Shown: positions 10,691 through 19,525 of the stretch, one piece after another
Layout: each line of letters starts with the position of its first letter
How positions within the stretch are numbered: position 1 is the first letter of the stretch
Origin: an uncultured Streptococcus sp.
Lineage (GTDB): Bacteria; Bacillota; Bacilli; Lactobacillales; Aerococcaceae
Assembly (NCBI GenBank): GCA_963515505.1
Contig: CAUPXN010000001.1
Coordinates: 1-53,436, forward strand
Direction: 5' to 3'
Length of the DNA: 53,436 nt
Notes under the pieces: model-generated
Told to the model about the DNA's origin: nothing
Database searches by the model: none
Seen by the model: only the letters and a program-made list of their open reading frames with translations
Position numbers and translations under genes: made by a program

Positions 10691-11494
10691 ATGCAAGAAC
10701 AAGGTTTGAAAGTGAGTTTACTCGCGAGTGGTAGCTCGGGAAATGCTACTTACATCGAAACGCCAAAACAAAAAATATTAGTGGACTGTGGACTCACTGG
10801 TAAAGCCATTACTGCGCAAATGGAGAAGATTGATCGCTCCATTTCGGATGTGGATGCCATTCTCGTCACCCATGAACATTCTGACCATATTAAAGGAATT
10901 GGGGTTCTGGCTCGTAAGTACGGGATTCCAATTTATGCCAATGAAAAAACATGGCAAGCCATGGCTGGAAAGATTGGGAAAGTCGCTCTCGAACAACAGG
11001 AAATCTTCAATACCGGAGATACGCTAACGTTTGGAGACTTAGATGTCATGAGTTTTGCGGTTTCGCATGATGCGGCAGCTCCTCAATTTTATAGTTTCCA
11101 ACGTGAAGGCAAGCAGTTCGTGATGCTGACAGACACGGGTTATGTGAGTGATAAACTAAGAGGTTTGTTGAAAAATGCAGATGCGTATCTCATCGAAAGT
11201 AATCATGATTTAGAAATGCTTCGAATGGGACCATACGCTTGGCATTTGAAACAACGGATTTTAAGCGACAAGGGGCACTTATCGAATGATGATGGCGCGC
11301 TTGCGATGTGTGAAATGATGGGTGACCGCACGAAACGAATTTATCTAGGACACTTAAGTCAGGATAATAATATGAAGGAAATCGCCTATCAAACAGCCGA
11401 AAGTATCTTCCAAACGCATGATAAAGGCGTTCATCAGGCGTTCGAGCTCTATCATACGGATCCGTATGAACCCACAAAATTATTTACCGTTTAA
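10691..11494 (+). CDS. walJ: Metallo-beta-lactamase-fold nuclease WalJ (YycJ/VicX)
   Basis: LASGSSGN, THEHSDH, ESNHD, GHLSN motifs; operon position. Confidence 0.93.
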   Translation: MQEQGLKVSLLASGSSGNATYIETPKQKILVDCGLTGKAITAQMEKIDRSISDVDAILVTHEHSDHIKGIGVLARKYGIPIYANEKTWQAMAGKIGKVALEQQEIFNTGDTLTFGDLDVMSFAVSHDAAAPQFYSFQREGKQFVMLTDTGYVSDKLRGLLKNADAYLIESNHDLEMLRMGPYAWHLKQRILSDKGHLSNDDGALAMCEMMGDRTKRIYLGHLSQDNNMKEIAYQTAESIFQTHDKGVHQAFELYHTDPYEPTKLFTV

Positions 11495-11517
11495 AAATTT
11501 AGCAAGTTCGAAAGAGT

Positions 11518-11574
11518 TTTTTAAGTACTCTATAAGCTTTATTTCATATAAATTTCATATGAAAAAACTATTGT
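11518..11574 (+). promoter_or_regulatory. htrA promoter with response-regulator-type direct repeats
   Basis: TTTAAG-N5-TATAAG (11520-11536), then ATTTCATA-N3-ATTTCATA (11541-11559), 9 bp before -10-like TATTGT (11569-11574). Confidence 0.6.
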
Positions 11575-11601
11575 ATATTTACAAATGAGAGGAGTGAGCA
11601 G

Positions 11602-12813
11602 ATGTCACAAGAACAATTACAAAGAAAAAAATCATCGAAAGCTTTTAAAAATGGCTTTATCGGCGGATTATTGGGAGGAGCAGTCGCTGTTGCCGGAGGA
11701 GTTGGAATTATGGCCGTAACAAATCCAGCAAACCAAGCAACAACACCTGCTACACAACCCTCACAAACACAAGTAGACACAACTAAAACATCCACAGCCA
11801 CAAAAGGTGGAACAGAAATCACTAAAGTGGTTGCTGAAGTGAAAAATGCCGTCGTTTCAGTTATTAACAAACAAGCAACTTCAAGGAATAACTTATACGG
11901 CACACAACAAACCGGAGGAGAATTAGCTACTGCGTCTGAAGGTAGTGGGGTCATTTATAAAAATGAGGGTGGATATGCCTATATCGTGACGAACTATCAC
12001 GTTATTGCGAAATCACAAGAATTGGAAGTTCTTTTAGCAGACGGAACACGCGAAAAAGCTGAGCTTGTTGGTAGTGATCAATGGACAGACTTAGCCGTGA
12101 TTCGTATTGCCAATACAAATGTTACAACTGTCGCAGAATTTGCAAACTCAGATGAGGTTGAAGTTGGACAAACAGCGATTGCGATTGGTTCCCCTCTTGG
12201 AAGTGAATTCGCAACAAGTGTAACGCAAGGAATCGTCTCAGCAACTAACCGTGCTGTTGCCACAGACGTTGATGGTGATGGACAAGAAGACTGGGTCGTA
12301 ACGGCCATTCAAACAGATGCGGCGATTAACCCAGGAAACTCAGGGGGAGCGTTAATTAATAGCGCTGGCCAAGTCATCGGAATTAACTCAATGAAGATTT
12401 CAAAATCTTCTGTTGAAGGAATGGGATTTGCGATTCCAAGTAACGAAGTTGTTTCGATTATTAAACAACTCGAAACGGACGGGAAAATTACACGTCCAGC
12501 TCTTGGAATTTCAATGGTAAACTTATCAAGTGTGAATGAACGAGTAATCGAGCAATTGAATTTACCACGAGATGTGAAGAACGGAGTCGTTATTGCAGAA
12601 GTCATGGCGAAAGGTAGTGCAAAAGCTGCGGGACTACAAGCTTACGATGTCATTGTTGAAATGGATGGACAAAAAATTCAAGGAATTCAAAACTTACGTA
12701 AAGTTCTTTACAGCCATAAAGTTGGCGATAAGCTTGAAGTAACATACTATAGAAATGGACAAAAACAAACAACAACGATTTCTTTAACAGAAACGAACAG
12801 TCCAAGTTTATAA
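11602..12813 (+). CDS. htrA: HtrA/DegP-family serine protease with PDZ domain
   Basis: VTNYHV, DLAV, IQTDAAINPGNSGG; C-terminal PDZ; position of yyxA. Confidence 0.95.
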   Translation: MSQEQLQRKKSSKAFKNGFIGGLLGGAVAVAGGVGIMAVTNPANQATTPATQPSQTQVDTTKTSTATKGGTEITKVVAEVKNAVVSVINKQATSRNNLYGTQQTGGELATASEGSGVIYKNEGGYAYIVTNYHVIAKSQELEVLLADGTREKAELVGSDQWTDLAVIRIANTNVTTVAEFANSDEVEVGQTAIAIGSPLGSEFATSVTQGIVSATNRAVATDVDGDGQEDWVVTAIQTDAAINPGNSGGALINSAGQVIGINSMKISKSSVEGMGFAIPSNEVVSIIKQLETDGKITRPALGISMVNLSSVNERVIEQLNLPRDVKNGVVIAEVMAKGSAKAAGLQAYDVIVEMDGQKIQGIQNLRKVLYSHKVGDKLEVTYYRNGQKQTTTISLTETNSPSL

Positions 12814-12827
12814 CAATAACGAATAAG

Positions 12828-12861
12828 GAGTCGGATAGCGAAGTGCTATTCGACTTTTTTT
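12828..12861 (+). terminator. Intrinsic terminator after htrA
   Basis: AGTCGGATAGC...GCTATTCGACT hairpin + T7. Confidence 0.8.
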
Positions 12862-12865
12862 GTGT

Positions 12866-13268
12866 ATTTCCACAAGGTTATCCACAAAAATGTGGATAAG
12901 TCTGTGGAAAACTGTGGGTTAACCCCGTTGTCAAGTCTGTGAAGTGGAAAATCGGTGTTGAAAATGGATAGGCTAAAAATGGCTTAATTATCGGATTTTA
13001 TTGAAAAAAGTTATTCACATGATAAATTTTTATTGTGGATAACTTTGGTGATTAACTGTTTAAAACGTTGATATAACAGCATTTTGATATACACAAAAAG
13101 TGTGTGGATAACTGTGGATAACTCGCATCTTTCCACCTTTTAGAAATATAACAATTAGATAACAAATAAAAATTTTGAATCAATATCTAGTGTTTTTCAT
13201 AAAAAAAGCCCAAAATTTAGGGGCGAACATGTGTACATGTGGATAACTTTGTGGATAACTGTGGATAA
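12866..13268. promoter_or_regulatory. DnaA-box cluster
   Basis: Perfect TTATCCACA/TGTGGATAA at 12878, 12891, 13034, 13103, 13113, 13238, 13250 and 13260, plus one-mismatch boxes at 12903 and 13011. Confidence 0.92.
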
Positions 13269-13331
13269 AGGGATAAAACAAGCATTTTTTTCCAAAAAAA
13301 GGTAAGATAATTTGTGAAATGAGGGGATCAA

Positions 13332-13811
13332 ATGAATATCACAATTGTGAGTGTAGGAAAACTGAAAGAAAAATATTTAAAACAAGGAATCGACGAATAC
13401 GCGAAACGCTTAGGTAGCTACTGCAAGTTCCAGGTTGTGGAAGTGCCAGATGAGAAAGCTCCTGAGAATTTAAGCGACAAAGAGATGGAACAAGTGCTCG
13501 AAAAAGAGGGCGAACGTATCCTTTCTAAAATTAAAGATGGTGATGTCGTTGTAGCGATGGCGATTGAAGGTGACTTAGTGAGTTCAGAACAACTCGCAAA
13601 AGAGATGGATACCTTCGCGCTTCATGGGAAGAGCTCAATGGTCTTTGTCATCGGCGGCTCTCTTGGGTTGAGTCCGGCCGTGAAAAAACGTGCCGACCGC
13701 AAGATCTCATTTGGCCGTATTACGTTGCCGCATCAATTGATGAGACTCGTTCTAACTGAGCAAATTTACCGTGCATTCCGTATTAATGCCGGACATGCAT
13801 ATCATAAATAA
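13332..13811 (+). CDS. rlmH: 23S rRNA m3Psi1915 methyltransferase RlmH (YydA/OrfX)
   Basis: [38 protein letters not shown] end. Confidence 0.97.
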   Translation: MNITIVSVGKLKEKYLKQGIDEYAKRLGSYCKFQVVEVPDEKAPENLSDKEMEQVLEKEGERILSKIKDGDVVVAMAIEGDLVSSEQLAKEMDTFALHGKSSMVFVIGGSLGLSPAVKKRADRKISFGRITLPHQLMRLVLTEQIYRAFRINAGHAYHK

Positions 13812-13859
13812 GTAAAGATTCTCATAGAAAAAGTGAAAAGAAAGTGCAAAATGAAAATT

Positions 13860-13896
13860 GTATTTTCATAGTATTTTCATAATGTGCCTCTATACT
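13860..13896 (+). promoter_or_regulatory. Putative activator-dependent promoter of the candidate sRNA
   Basis: Perfect tandem repeat GTATTTTCATA x2 (13860-13881), 9 bp before -10 TATACT (13891-13896). Confidence 0.65.
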
Positions 13897-13901
13897 TTAG
13901 T

Positions 13902-13981
13902 TATTCCCAAAGAGAATATTTATCCTCCCAAATAAATATTTCTAATCCTTTTTTCCACCGGCCGTGAGTCGGTGGTTTTTT
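13902..13981 (+). ncRNA. Candidate trans-acting small RNA with anti-SD loop
   Basis: Own -10 box; 9-bp stem AATATTTAT/ATAAATATT with loop CCTCCCAA; terminator CCACCGGC-CGTGA-GTCGGTGG-T6; no ORF. Confidence 0.6.
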
Positions 13982-13999
13982 ATTTTCTTTAAAAAAGGA

Positions 14000-14028
14000 T
14001 TGATTGAAGAAAATCTCCGTACTATACT
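14000..14028 (+). promoter_or_regulatory. Sigma-A promoter of tRNA-Ser
   Basis: TTGATT-N17-TATACT ending 8 bp before the tRNA 5' end. Confidence 0.75.
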
Positions 14029-14036
14029 AGAATCAT

Positions 14037-14124
14037 GGAGAAGTACCCAAGAGGCTGAAGGGGTCGCACTCGAAATGCGATAGGTCGTGAAAGCGGCGCG
14101 GGAGTTCAAATCTCCTCTTCTCCT
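14037..14124 (+). tRNA. tRNA-Ser(CGA), long variable arm, CCA not encoded
   Basis: Acceptor stem GGAGAAG/CTTCTCC, anticodon arm TCGCA-CT-CGA-AA-TGCGA, T-loop TTCAAAT. Confidence 0.95.
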
Positions 14125-14163
14125 TACTTTTACGGAGAACAAAATAGTGGGGGCGAAAAACGA

Positions 14164-14502
14164 ATGACAAAAGTGAAATTAAATCTGAACCAAACGCATT
14201 GTTGCGGTATTTATTCTGATAAGACGGTGTATAGTTTTACGGCTGATAGTTATCCAGAATTGTTTTACCTTCTTCAAAAACGTGGACTTATCGAATCGTT
14301 TATTGATGGGGACTTCATTGTTTATGATGAGTTAAGAAAGTATTCTGATTTACCACCTTATCAAAAGCTGACTGAGGAAGAACTAGAAGCGATTGATTTC
14401 GATGCGATTATTCAAAAGCTAAGTACGGATGAACTCAAAGCCGTTATCGAGAAGTTCTTTGAATATCGTTTTGAATGTGAGTTTCAAGAAGTAGACGAAT
14501 AA
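14164..14502 (+). CDS. Hypothetical acidic protein (112 aa)
   Basis: ORF with G-rich RBS directly after tRNA; no recognised motif. Confidence 0.7.
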   Translation: MTKVKLNLNQTHCCGIYSDKTVYSFTADSYPELFYLLQKRGLIESFIDGDFIVYDELRKYSDLPPYQKLTEEELEAIDFDAIIQKLSTDELKAVIEKFFEYRFECEFQEVDE

Positions 14503-14518
14503 ATAGATGTATAAATGA

Positions 14519-14552
14519 AAAAGCTGACGGCTCATAGGAGTTGTCAGCTTTT
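14519..14552. terminator. Bidirectional terminator between convergent genes
   Basis: AAAAGCTGACGGCTC...GAGTTGTCAGCTTTT. Confidence 0.8.
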
Positions 14553-14572
14553 GTAGTTTCTATAGTTTATTC

Positions 14573-15676
14573 TTAGCGAATAACTTCCTCAGTTTCTTTG
14601 TCGAAGAAGTGAGATTTGTTTAAGTCGAATGCTAATTCAACTGTTTCGCCTGGGTTGTGGAAGTCACGTGCATCCACTTTAGATACGAATTCAGTATCGT
14701 CAACACGAGTGTAAAGCATTGTTTCTGCACCAAGTAATTCTGATACAACAACTTCTGATTTCACTGTTGCTGCTGGATAAGTATCGATAGCGATTTGAGC
14801 ACCTTTGATATCTTCTGGACGGATACCGAAGATTAAATCTTTTCCGTTGTAACCTTTGTCTTCAAGAAGTTTTCTCTTCGCTTCAGGTAATTGTAATGAT
14901 AAACCTTTACCATTTGAAATCACGCCATCTTGTAATGTTACATTGAAGAAGTTCATTGCTGGTGATCCGATGAATCCAGCTACGAATACGTTGTTAGGAG
15001 TGTTGTACACTTCTTGTGGAGTACCGATTTGTTGTACGAAACCATCTTTCATGATAACGATACGGTCAGCCATTGTCATCGCTTCTGTTTGGTCGTGAGT
15101 TACGTAAATTGTTGTTGTTTCTAAACGACGGTGTAATTTCGCAATTTCAGCACGCATCGCAACACGTAATTTAGCATCTAAGTTAGAAAGAGGTTCGTCC
15201 ATTAAGAATACTTTCGCATCACGAACGATCGCACGTCCTAAAGCCACACGTTGACGTTGACCACCAGATAAAGCAGCTGGTTTACGTTCTAAGTATTGAG
15301 CTAAGCCTAAGATTTCTGCTGCGTTTTTAACACGTTTGTCAATTTCAGCTTTGTCGTATTTACGTAATTTCAAACCGAATGCCATGTTGTCATATACGCT
15401 CATGTGAGGATATAGGGCATAGTTTTGGAATACCATCGCGATATCACGATCTTTTGGAGCTACGTCGTTCATTACAACGTCGCCGATTTTTAATTCCCCT
15501 TCAGAAATATCTTCAAGACCAGCGATCATACGAAGAGTTGTTGATTTACCGCATCCAGAAGGTCCTACGAATACGATGAATTCGCGGTCTTTGATGTGTA
15601 AGTTAAAGTCTGTTACGGAATAGTTTTCCGCGTTGTCATATTTTTTGTGAATATGATTTAATTGCATTTCTACCAT
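14573..15676 (-). CDS. msmK: Multiple-sugar ABC transporter ATPase (MsmK/MsmX)
   Basis: GPSGCGKST, LSGGQRQR, MDEPLSNLD, C-terminal TOBE region; no adjacent permease. Confidence 0.92.
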   Translation of the reverse strand: MVEMQLNHIHKKYDNAENYSVTDFNLHIKDREFIVFVGPSGCGKSTTLRMIAGLEDISEGELKIGDVVMNDVAPKDRDIAMVFQNYALYPHMSVYDNMAFGLKLRKYDKAEIDKRVKNAAEILGLAQYLERKPAALSGGQRQRVALGRAIVRDAKVFLMDEPLSNLDAKLRVAMRAEIAKLHRRLETTTIYVTHDQTEAMTMADRIVIMKDGFVQQIGTPQEVYNTPNNVFVAGFIGSPAMNFFNVTLQDGVISNGKGLSLQLPEAKRKLLEDKGYNGKDLIFGIRPEDIKGAQIAIDTYPAATVKSEVVVSELLGAETMLYTRVDDTEFVSKVDARDFHNPGETVELAFDLNKSHFFDKETEEVIR

Positions 15677-15917
15677 TAGGATTTCCCCCTATAATTTGTT
15701 TTACAGTAACAGTTTACGTTTTTTTGAGGAAAAGAGATAGGGGAAGGTTGCACAAAAACGACTGTAAAAATTGTGCACTTTGCCCAAAAACCATCTCTTA
15801 TTTTTAAGATTTGGACGTAACTTATAATAAAGAAGTAAAAAAGTATTGAGATGGATGCAACACGTGGAAAACAATGTTATGATAGGGGTTAGAAACTTAC
15901 ATGAAAAAGGTGATGAA

Positions 15918-16481
15918 ATGGAAAGAAAACGTGGATTTGAAATCGTATCTGCTTATGAAGGAAAAGGAATCACTGTTCCAAAACGTTCGACAAAACATTC
16001 AGCAGGATATGACTTCGAAGCTGCCGAAGATATCGTATTACCAAGCATTTGGAAAATGATTTTCAAATTTGCAGCAACTCAATTAAAACAATGGATTTAT
16101 ACAACGGATAAAGAAACAGTGGAAGCAGAACTTGCAAAAGAGCAAAAGGTCTTAAAACCAGTGCTTGTTCCAACAGGAATCAAGTCTTATATGCAAGAAG
16201 ATGAGTACTTACAACTAGCAAACCGCTCAAGTAACCCATTGAAACACTTCCTTGTCTTACCAAACGGGGTAGGCGTTGTGGATAGCGACTACTATAACAA
16301 CCCTGACAACGAAGGTCATATTTACTTCCAATTATTAAACTTCGGATTATTCGATAAAGAAATAAAAAAAGGCGATCGTATCGGCCAAGGAATCTTCCTA
16401 CCGTTCTTAAAGGCGGATGCGGATGAAGAAAACGATATGAATGAACGTACAGGTGGTTTTGGTTCTTCTGGCGTTCGTTAG
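15918..16481 (+). CDS. dut: dUTPase
   Basis: SAGYDF, RSS, GVVDSDYY, RIGQGIF, RTGGFGSSG motifs; precedes radA. Confidence 0.93.
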   Translation: MERKRGFEIVSAYEGKGITVPKRSTKHSAGYDFEAAEDIVLPSIWKMIFKFAATQLKQWIYTTDKETVEAELAKEQKVLKPVLVPTGIKSYMQEDEYLQLANRSSNPLKHFLVLPNGVGVVDSDYYNNPDNEGHIYFQLLNFGLFDKEIKKGDRIGQGIFLPFLKADADEENDMNERTGGFGSSGVR

Positions 16482-16493
16482 AAAGGAGCCAAA

Positions 16494-17879
16494 ATGGCAA
16501 AAGCAACGACAAGTTTTGTATGTAGAGAGTGTGGATATAATTCACCAAAATATTTAGGAAAATGCCCAAACTGCGGCAATTGGTCTACGATGGAGGAGTT
16601 CAAGGAAACAACCAGTAACGCGAAACGTCCTTCTTTAGTGCAACATTCAGAAGAAGCACATAAGACAAAACCAATGCGATTAGACCAGGTTTCTTATGAG
16701 CGCGTAAATCGTGTGAAGACATCCATTAGCGAATTGGACCGTGTGCTCGGAGGTGGCGTGGTTCCGGGTTCTCTAGTATTAATTGGTGGGGACCCAGGGA
16801 TTGGGAAATCTACCTTATTATTACAAGTGTCTAGTGAATTACAACAAACACAAGGAACAGTTCTCTATGTCTCAGGAGAAGAAAGTGCGTCTCAAATCAA
16901 AATGCGTGCGGAGCGTCTCGGGATGCAAGCAGACGGATTTTATATTTACGCTGAAACAAACCTAGAAGATATTGTTGCGCAAGTAGAAGCGTTGAAACCG
17001 GACTATGTCATTATCGACTCGATTCAAACGATGACACATCCGCAAGCAAATGGGGTTGCAGGAAGTGTGTCTCATGTTCGTGAGGCGACAGCTACATTGA
17101 TGCGACTAGCGAAACTCAATCAGATTGCCATCTTTATCGTAGGTCACGTGACAAAAGAAGGAGCATTAGCAGGGCCACGTATGTTGGAACATATGGTGGA
17201 CACCGTTCTTTATTTCGAAGGGGATAAACATCATAGTTTCCGCGTGCTTCGTTCCGTGAAAAACCGTTTTGGATCCACCAACGAGATTGGCGTTTTCGAA
17301 ATGCATCAAGAAGGACTGAACGAAGTAACGAACCCTTCCGAAGTCTTCTTAGAAGAACGTCTTGCAGGCGCAACAGGTTCGGCAATCGTCGTGTCTCTTG
17401 AAGGAACAAGGCCAATTTTAACCGAGGTACAATGTTTATTATCACCAACGGCCTTTGGAAACGCACGCCGTACCACAAGTGGTCTGGACTATAATCGTGT
17501 CGCGCTCTTGATGGCGGTGCTTGAGAAACGTGCAGGTCTTCTATTACAAAACCAAGATGCTTACTTTAAATCAACAGGTGGTTTGAAACTCAATGAGCCT
17601 GCAGTCGACTTAGCGATTGCGATGAGTATCGTTTCAAGCTACAAGGAAAAAGAAACGCAAATGGGTGATTGCTTTATCGGAGAAATCGGCTTGACTGGTG
17701 AAATTCGTAAAGTGAATCGTGTCTATGACCGTGTTCGCGAGGCTGAAAAGCTCGGATTCAAGCGTGTCTTTATTCCAAAAAATAATTTAGATGGATGGGA
17801 ACTTCCAAAAAATATCGAAGTCGTTGGAGTATCTTCTGTCAAAGAAGCTATTTACAAAGCCTTCGGGAAAGAAAATTAG
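16494..17879 (+). CDS. radA: DNA repair protein RadA/Sms
   Basis: C4 zinc finger, [15 protein letters not shown]. Confidence 0.97.
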   Translation: MAKATTSFVCRECGYNSPKYLGKCPNCGNWSTMEEFKETTSNAKRPSLVQHSEEAHKTKPMRLDQVSYERVNRVKTSISELDRVLGGGVVPGSLVLIGGDPGIGKSTLLLQVSSELQQTQGTVLYVSGEESASQIKMRAERLGMQADGFYIYAETNLEDIVAQVEALKPDYVIIDSIQTMTHPQANGVAGSVSHVREATATLMRLAKLNQIAIFIVGHVTKEGALAGPRMLEHMVDTVLYFEGDKHHSFRVLRSVKNRFGSTNEIGVFEMHQEGLNEVTNPSEVFLEERLAGATGSAIVVSLEGTRPILTEVQCLLSPTAFGNARRTTSGLDYNRVALLMAVLEKRAGLLLQNQDAYFKSTGGLKLNEPAVDLAIAMSIVSSYKEKETQMGDCFIGEIGLTGEIRKVNRVYDRVREAEKLGFKRVFIPKNNLDGWELPKNIEVVGVSSVKEAIYKAFGKEN

Positions 17880-17893
17880 AAAGGAGAACTGTT

Positions 17894-19018
17894 ATGGAAC
17901 AACCTAAAAAATTTCGAGCATACGGAAGAAAGTTATTGCAACTGATTTTCGTATTGCTCGGAGGGTCTTTAGGTGCAACGTATTTTCCAAGTCTATGGCA
18001 AGCGTTCAACATTACGAATGAATGGTTAACATCGCAAGTTACGAGTATTTTGTTAGGTGCCATTATTTTATTCTTTATTTCATTTTTCGTGACGGATCCG
18101 ATTTTAGCGGGTATTCGTAGACTTGAAAAACTCGTTAGCCAACTTTCTGTGAGCTATTTACTCTTTGGAATGATTGGAGCACTGATTGGACTCTTAGTTG
18201 CATGGCTCGTTGGATTGCCATTTACAAACTTACAAATTCCAGCAATTACACAATCTGTACCAATTGCCCTTAGTATTATCTTTGGGTACCTTGGCTTTTA
18301 TGTCGGAACGACGCGTCGTGAAGATATTCTAAAAGCATTTACAGCGACAAGAAAGAAAACGGAGGATTCTCCAGTGCTTGAACGTAAAGCAGGAGATAAC
18401 TTCAGAAAATACAAACTGCTCGATACAAGCGTCATTATCGATGGACGAATTTACGATATCGCTAAAACAGGCTTTATCGAAGGGGTGCTCGTGATTCCAG
18501 TATTTGTACTGAATGAATTACAATATATCGCCGATAGCGCTGATAGCTTGAAGCGCGTGAGAGGGCGCCGTGGATTAGATATTTTAAACGCTCTTCAAAA
18601 AGAAGAGAATATTAAAGTTGAAATTTACGATGGAGACTATGACGATATTAATGAAGTGGACCGCAAGTTAATTCGCTTGGCAAAGGCGATTGACGGCATT
18701 ATTATCACGAACGACTTTAACTTAAATAAAGTCAGTGAGTTCCAAAATGTACCAGTCTTTAATATTAATGCGTTAGCGCAAGCCATCAAGCCAGTTGTGA
18801 TTCCAGGAGAAACCTTGAAGACGACGGTAGTTAAATCGGGAACGGAGCGTCAACAAGGGGTTGCGTACTTGGATGATGGTACGATGATTGTTGTGGAAGA
18901 TGGACAATATTATATGAATCAAGAGATTGAAGTGGTCGTAACGAGCGCCCTTCAAACTGCAGCAGGTCGTATGATTTTCGCTAAACCACTGCATAGCCAA
19001 AAGAAAATTAAACAATAA
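17894..19018 (+). CDS. Membrane PIN/TRAM domain protein (YacL family)
   Basis: Four TMs, LLDTSVIIDGRI PIN motif, GVAYLDDGTMIVVE TRAM; follows radA. Confidence 0.92.
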   Translation: MEQPKKFRAYGRKLLQLIFVLLGGSLGATYFPSLWQAFNITNEWLTSQVTSILLGAIILFFISFFVTDPILAGIRRLEKLVSQLSVSYLLFGMIGALIGLLVAWLVGLPFTNLQIPAITQSVPIALSIIFGYLGFYVGTTRREDILKAFTATRKKTEDSPVLERKAGDNFRKYKLLDTSVIIDGRIYDIAKTGFIEGVLVIPVFVLNELQYIADSADSLKRVRGRRGLDILNALQKEENIKVEIYDGDYDDINEVDRKLIRLAKAIDGIIITNDFNLNKVSEFQNVPVFNINALAQAIKPVVIPGETLKTTVVKSGTERQQGVAYLDDGTMIVVEDGQYYMNQEIEVVVTSALQTAAGRMIFAKPLHSQKKIKQ

Positions 19019-19038
19019 AGTGCTTCAAAACTTCTATT

Positions 19039-19225
19039 ATGATTACTACGAATCCTTGCGGATTTGTTTATAATAACGGTAACGTTGCACCGGCTCGAGC
19101 CTAGAGTCTCTCGCCTAAAAAACTCAAAAAGGGAGTACGGAATGAATTCCGAACTCCCTTTAATTCGTCTTTTTTGCGAAACACGTTACTGTTATTATAA
19201 AATCCGCACGATTCTTCGTAATCAT
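19039..19225. repeat. Structured intergenic repeat, family A copy 1
   Basis: Long terminal inverted repeats ATGATTAC...GTAATCAT; homologous to 43964-44152. Confidence 0.85.
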
Positions 19226-19285
19226 GGTGCTTAATTTTCTTTTGGCTGGAGCAATCAACGACCTGCTGACAATTTGAATAAATAG

Positions 19286-19317
19286 AAAAAGGATGGACGA
19301 ATTTCGTCCATCCTTTT
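19286..19317. terminator. Bidirectional terminator
   Basis: AAAAAGGATGGACGAA-T-TTCGTCCATCCTTTTT. Confidence 0.85.
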
Positions 19318-19319
19318 TG

Positions 19320-19523
19320 TTATTCAATATCGATTTCAAATGGTTCGTCAATGGTTTCAGAGACGTATTTACCATCTTTCTTACGTTGTTTCACACATTC
19401 TGTTAATAAGTATTCGATTTGTCCGTTGACTGATCTAAAATCATCTTCTGCCCATGATGCGATAGCAGCATATAATTTAGATGACAGTCGTAATGGAATT
19501 TGTTTTTTCTTTAAATCAGCCAT
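19320..19523 (-). CDS. Small Arc/ribbon-helix-helix DNA-binding protein
   Basis: KKQIPLRLS...[17 protein letters not shown] pattern; translationally coupled to the SPFH gene. Confidence 0.8.
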   Translation of the reverse strand: MADLKKKQIPLRLSSKLYAAIASWAEDDFRSVNGQIEYLLTECVKQRKKDGKYVSETIDEPFEIDIE

Positions 19524-19525
19524 CG

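Noticed and set aside
12866..13268. oriC
   Set aside because: No adjacent dnaA/dnaN; position matches the known non-origin cluster upstream of rlmH
13885..13931. Minus-strand GGGAGG as RBS of a small ORF
   Set aside because: The nearest start is a distant TTG giving only 6 codons; plus-strand promoter, hairpin and terminator explain the site better
15856..15872. parS-like TGCAACACGTGGAAAAC upstream of dut
   Set aside because: Too many mismatches to the consensus
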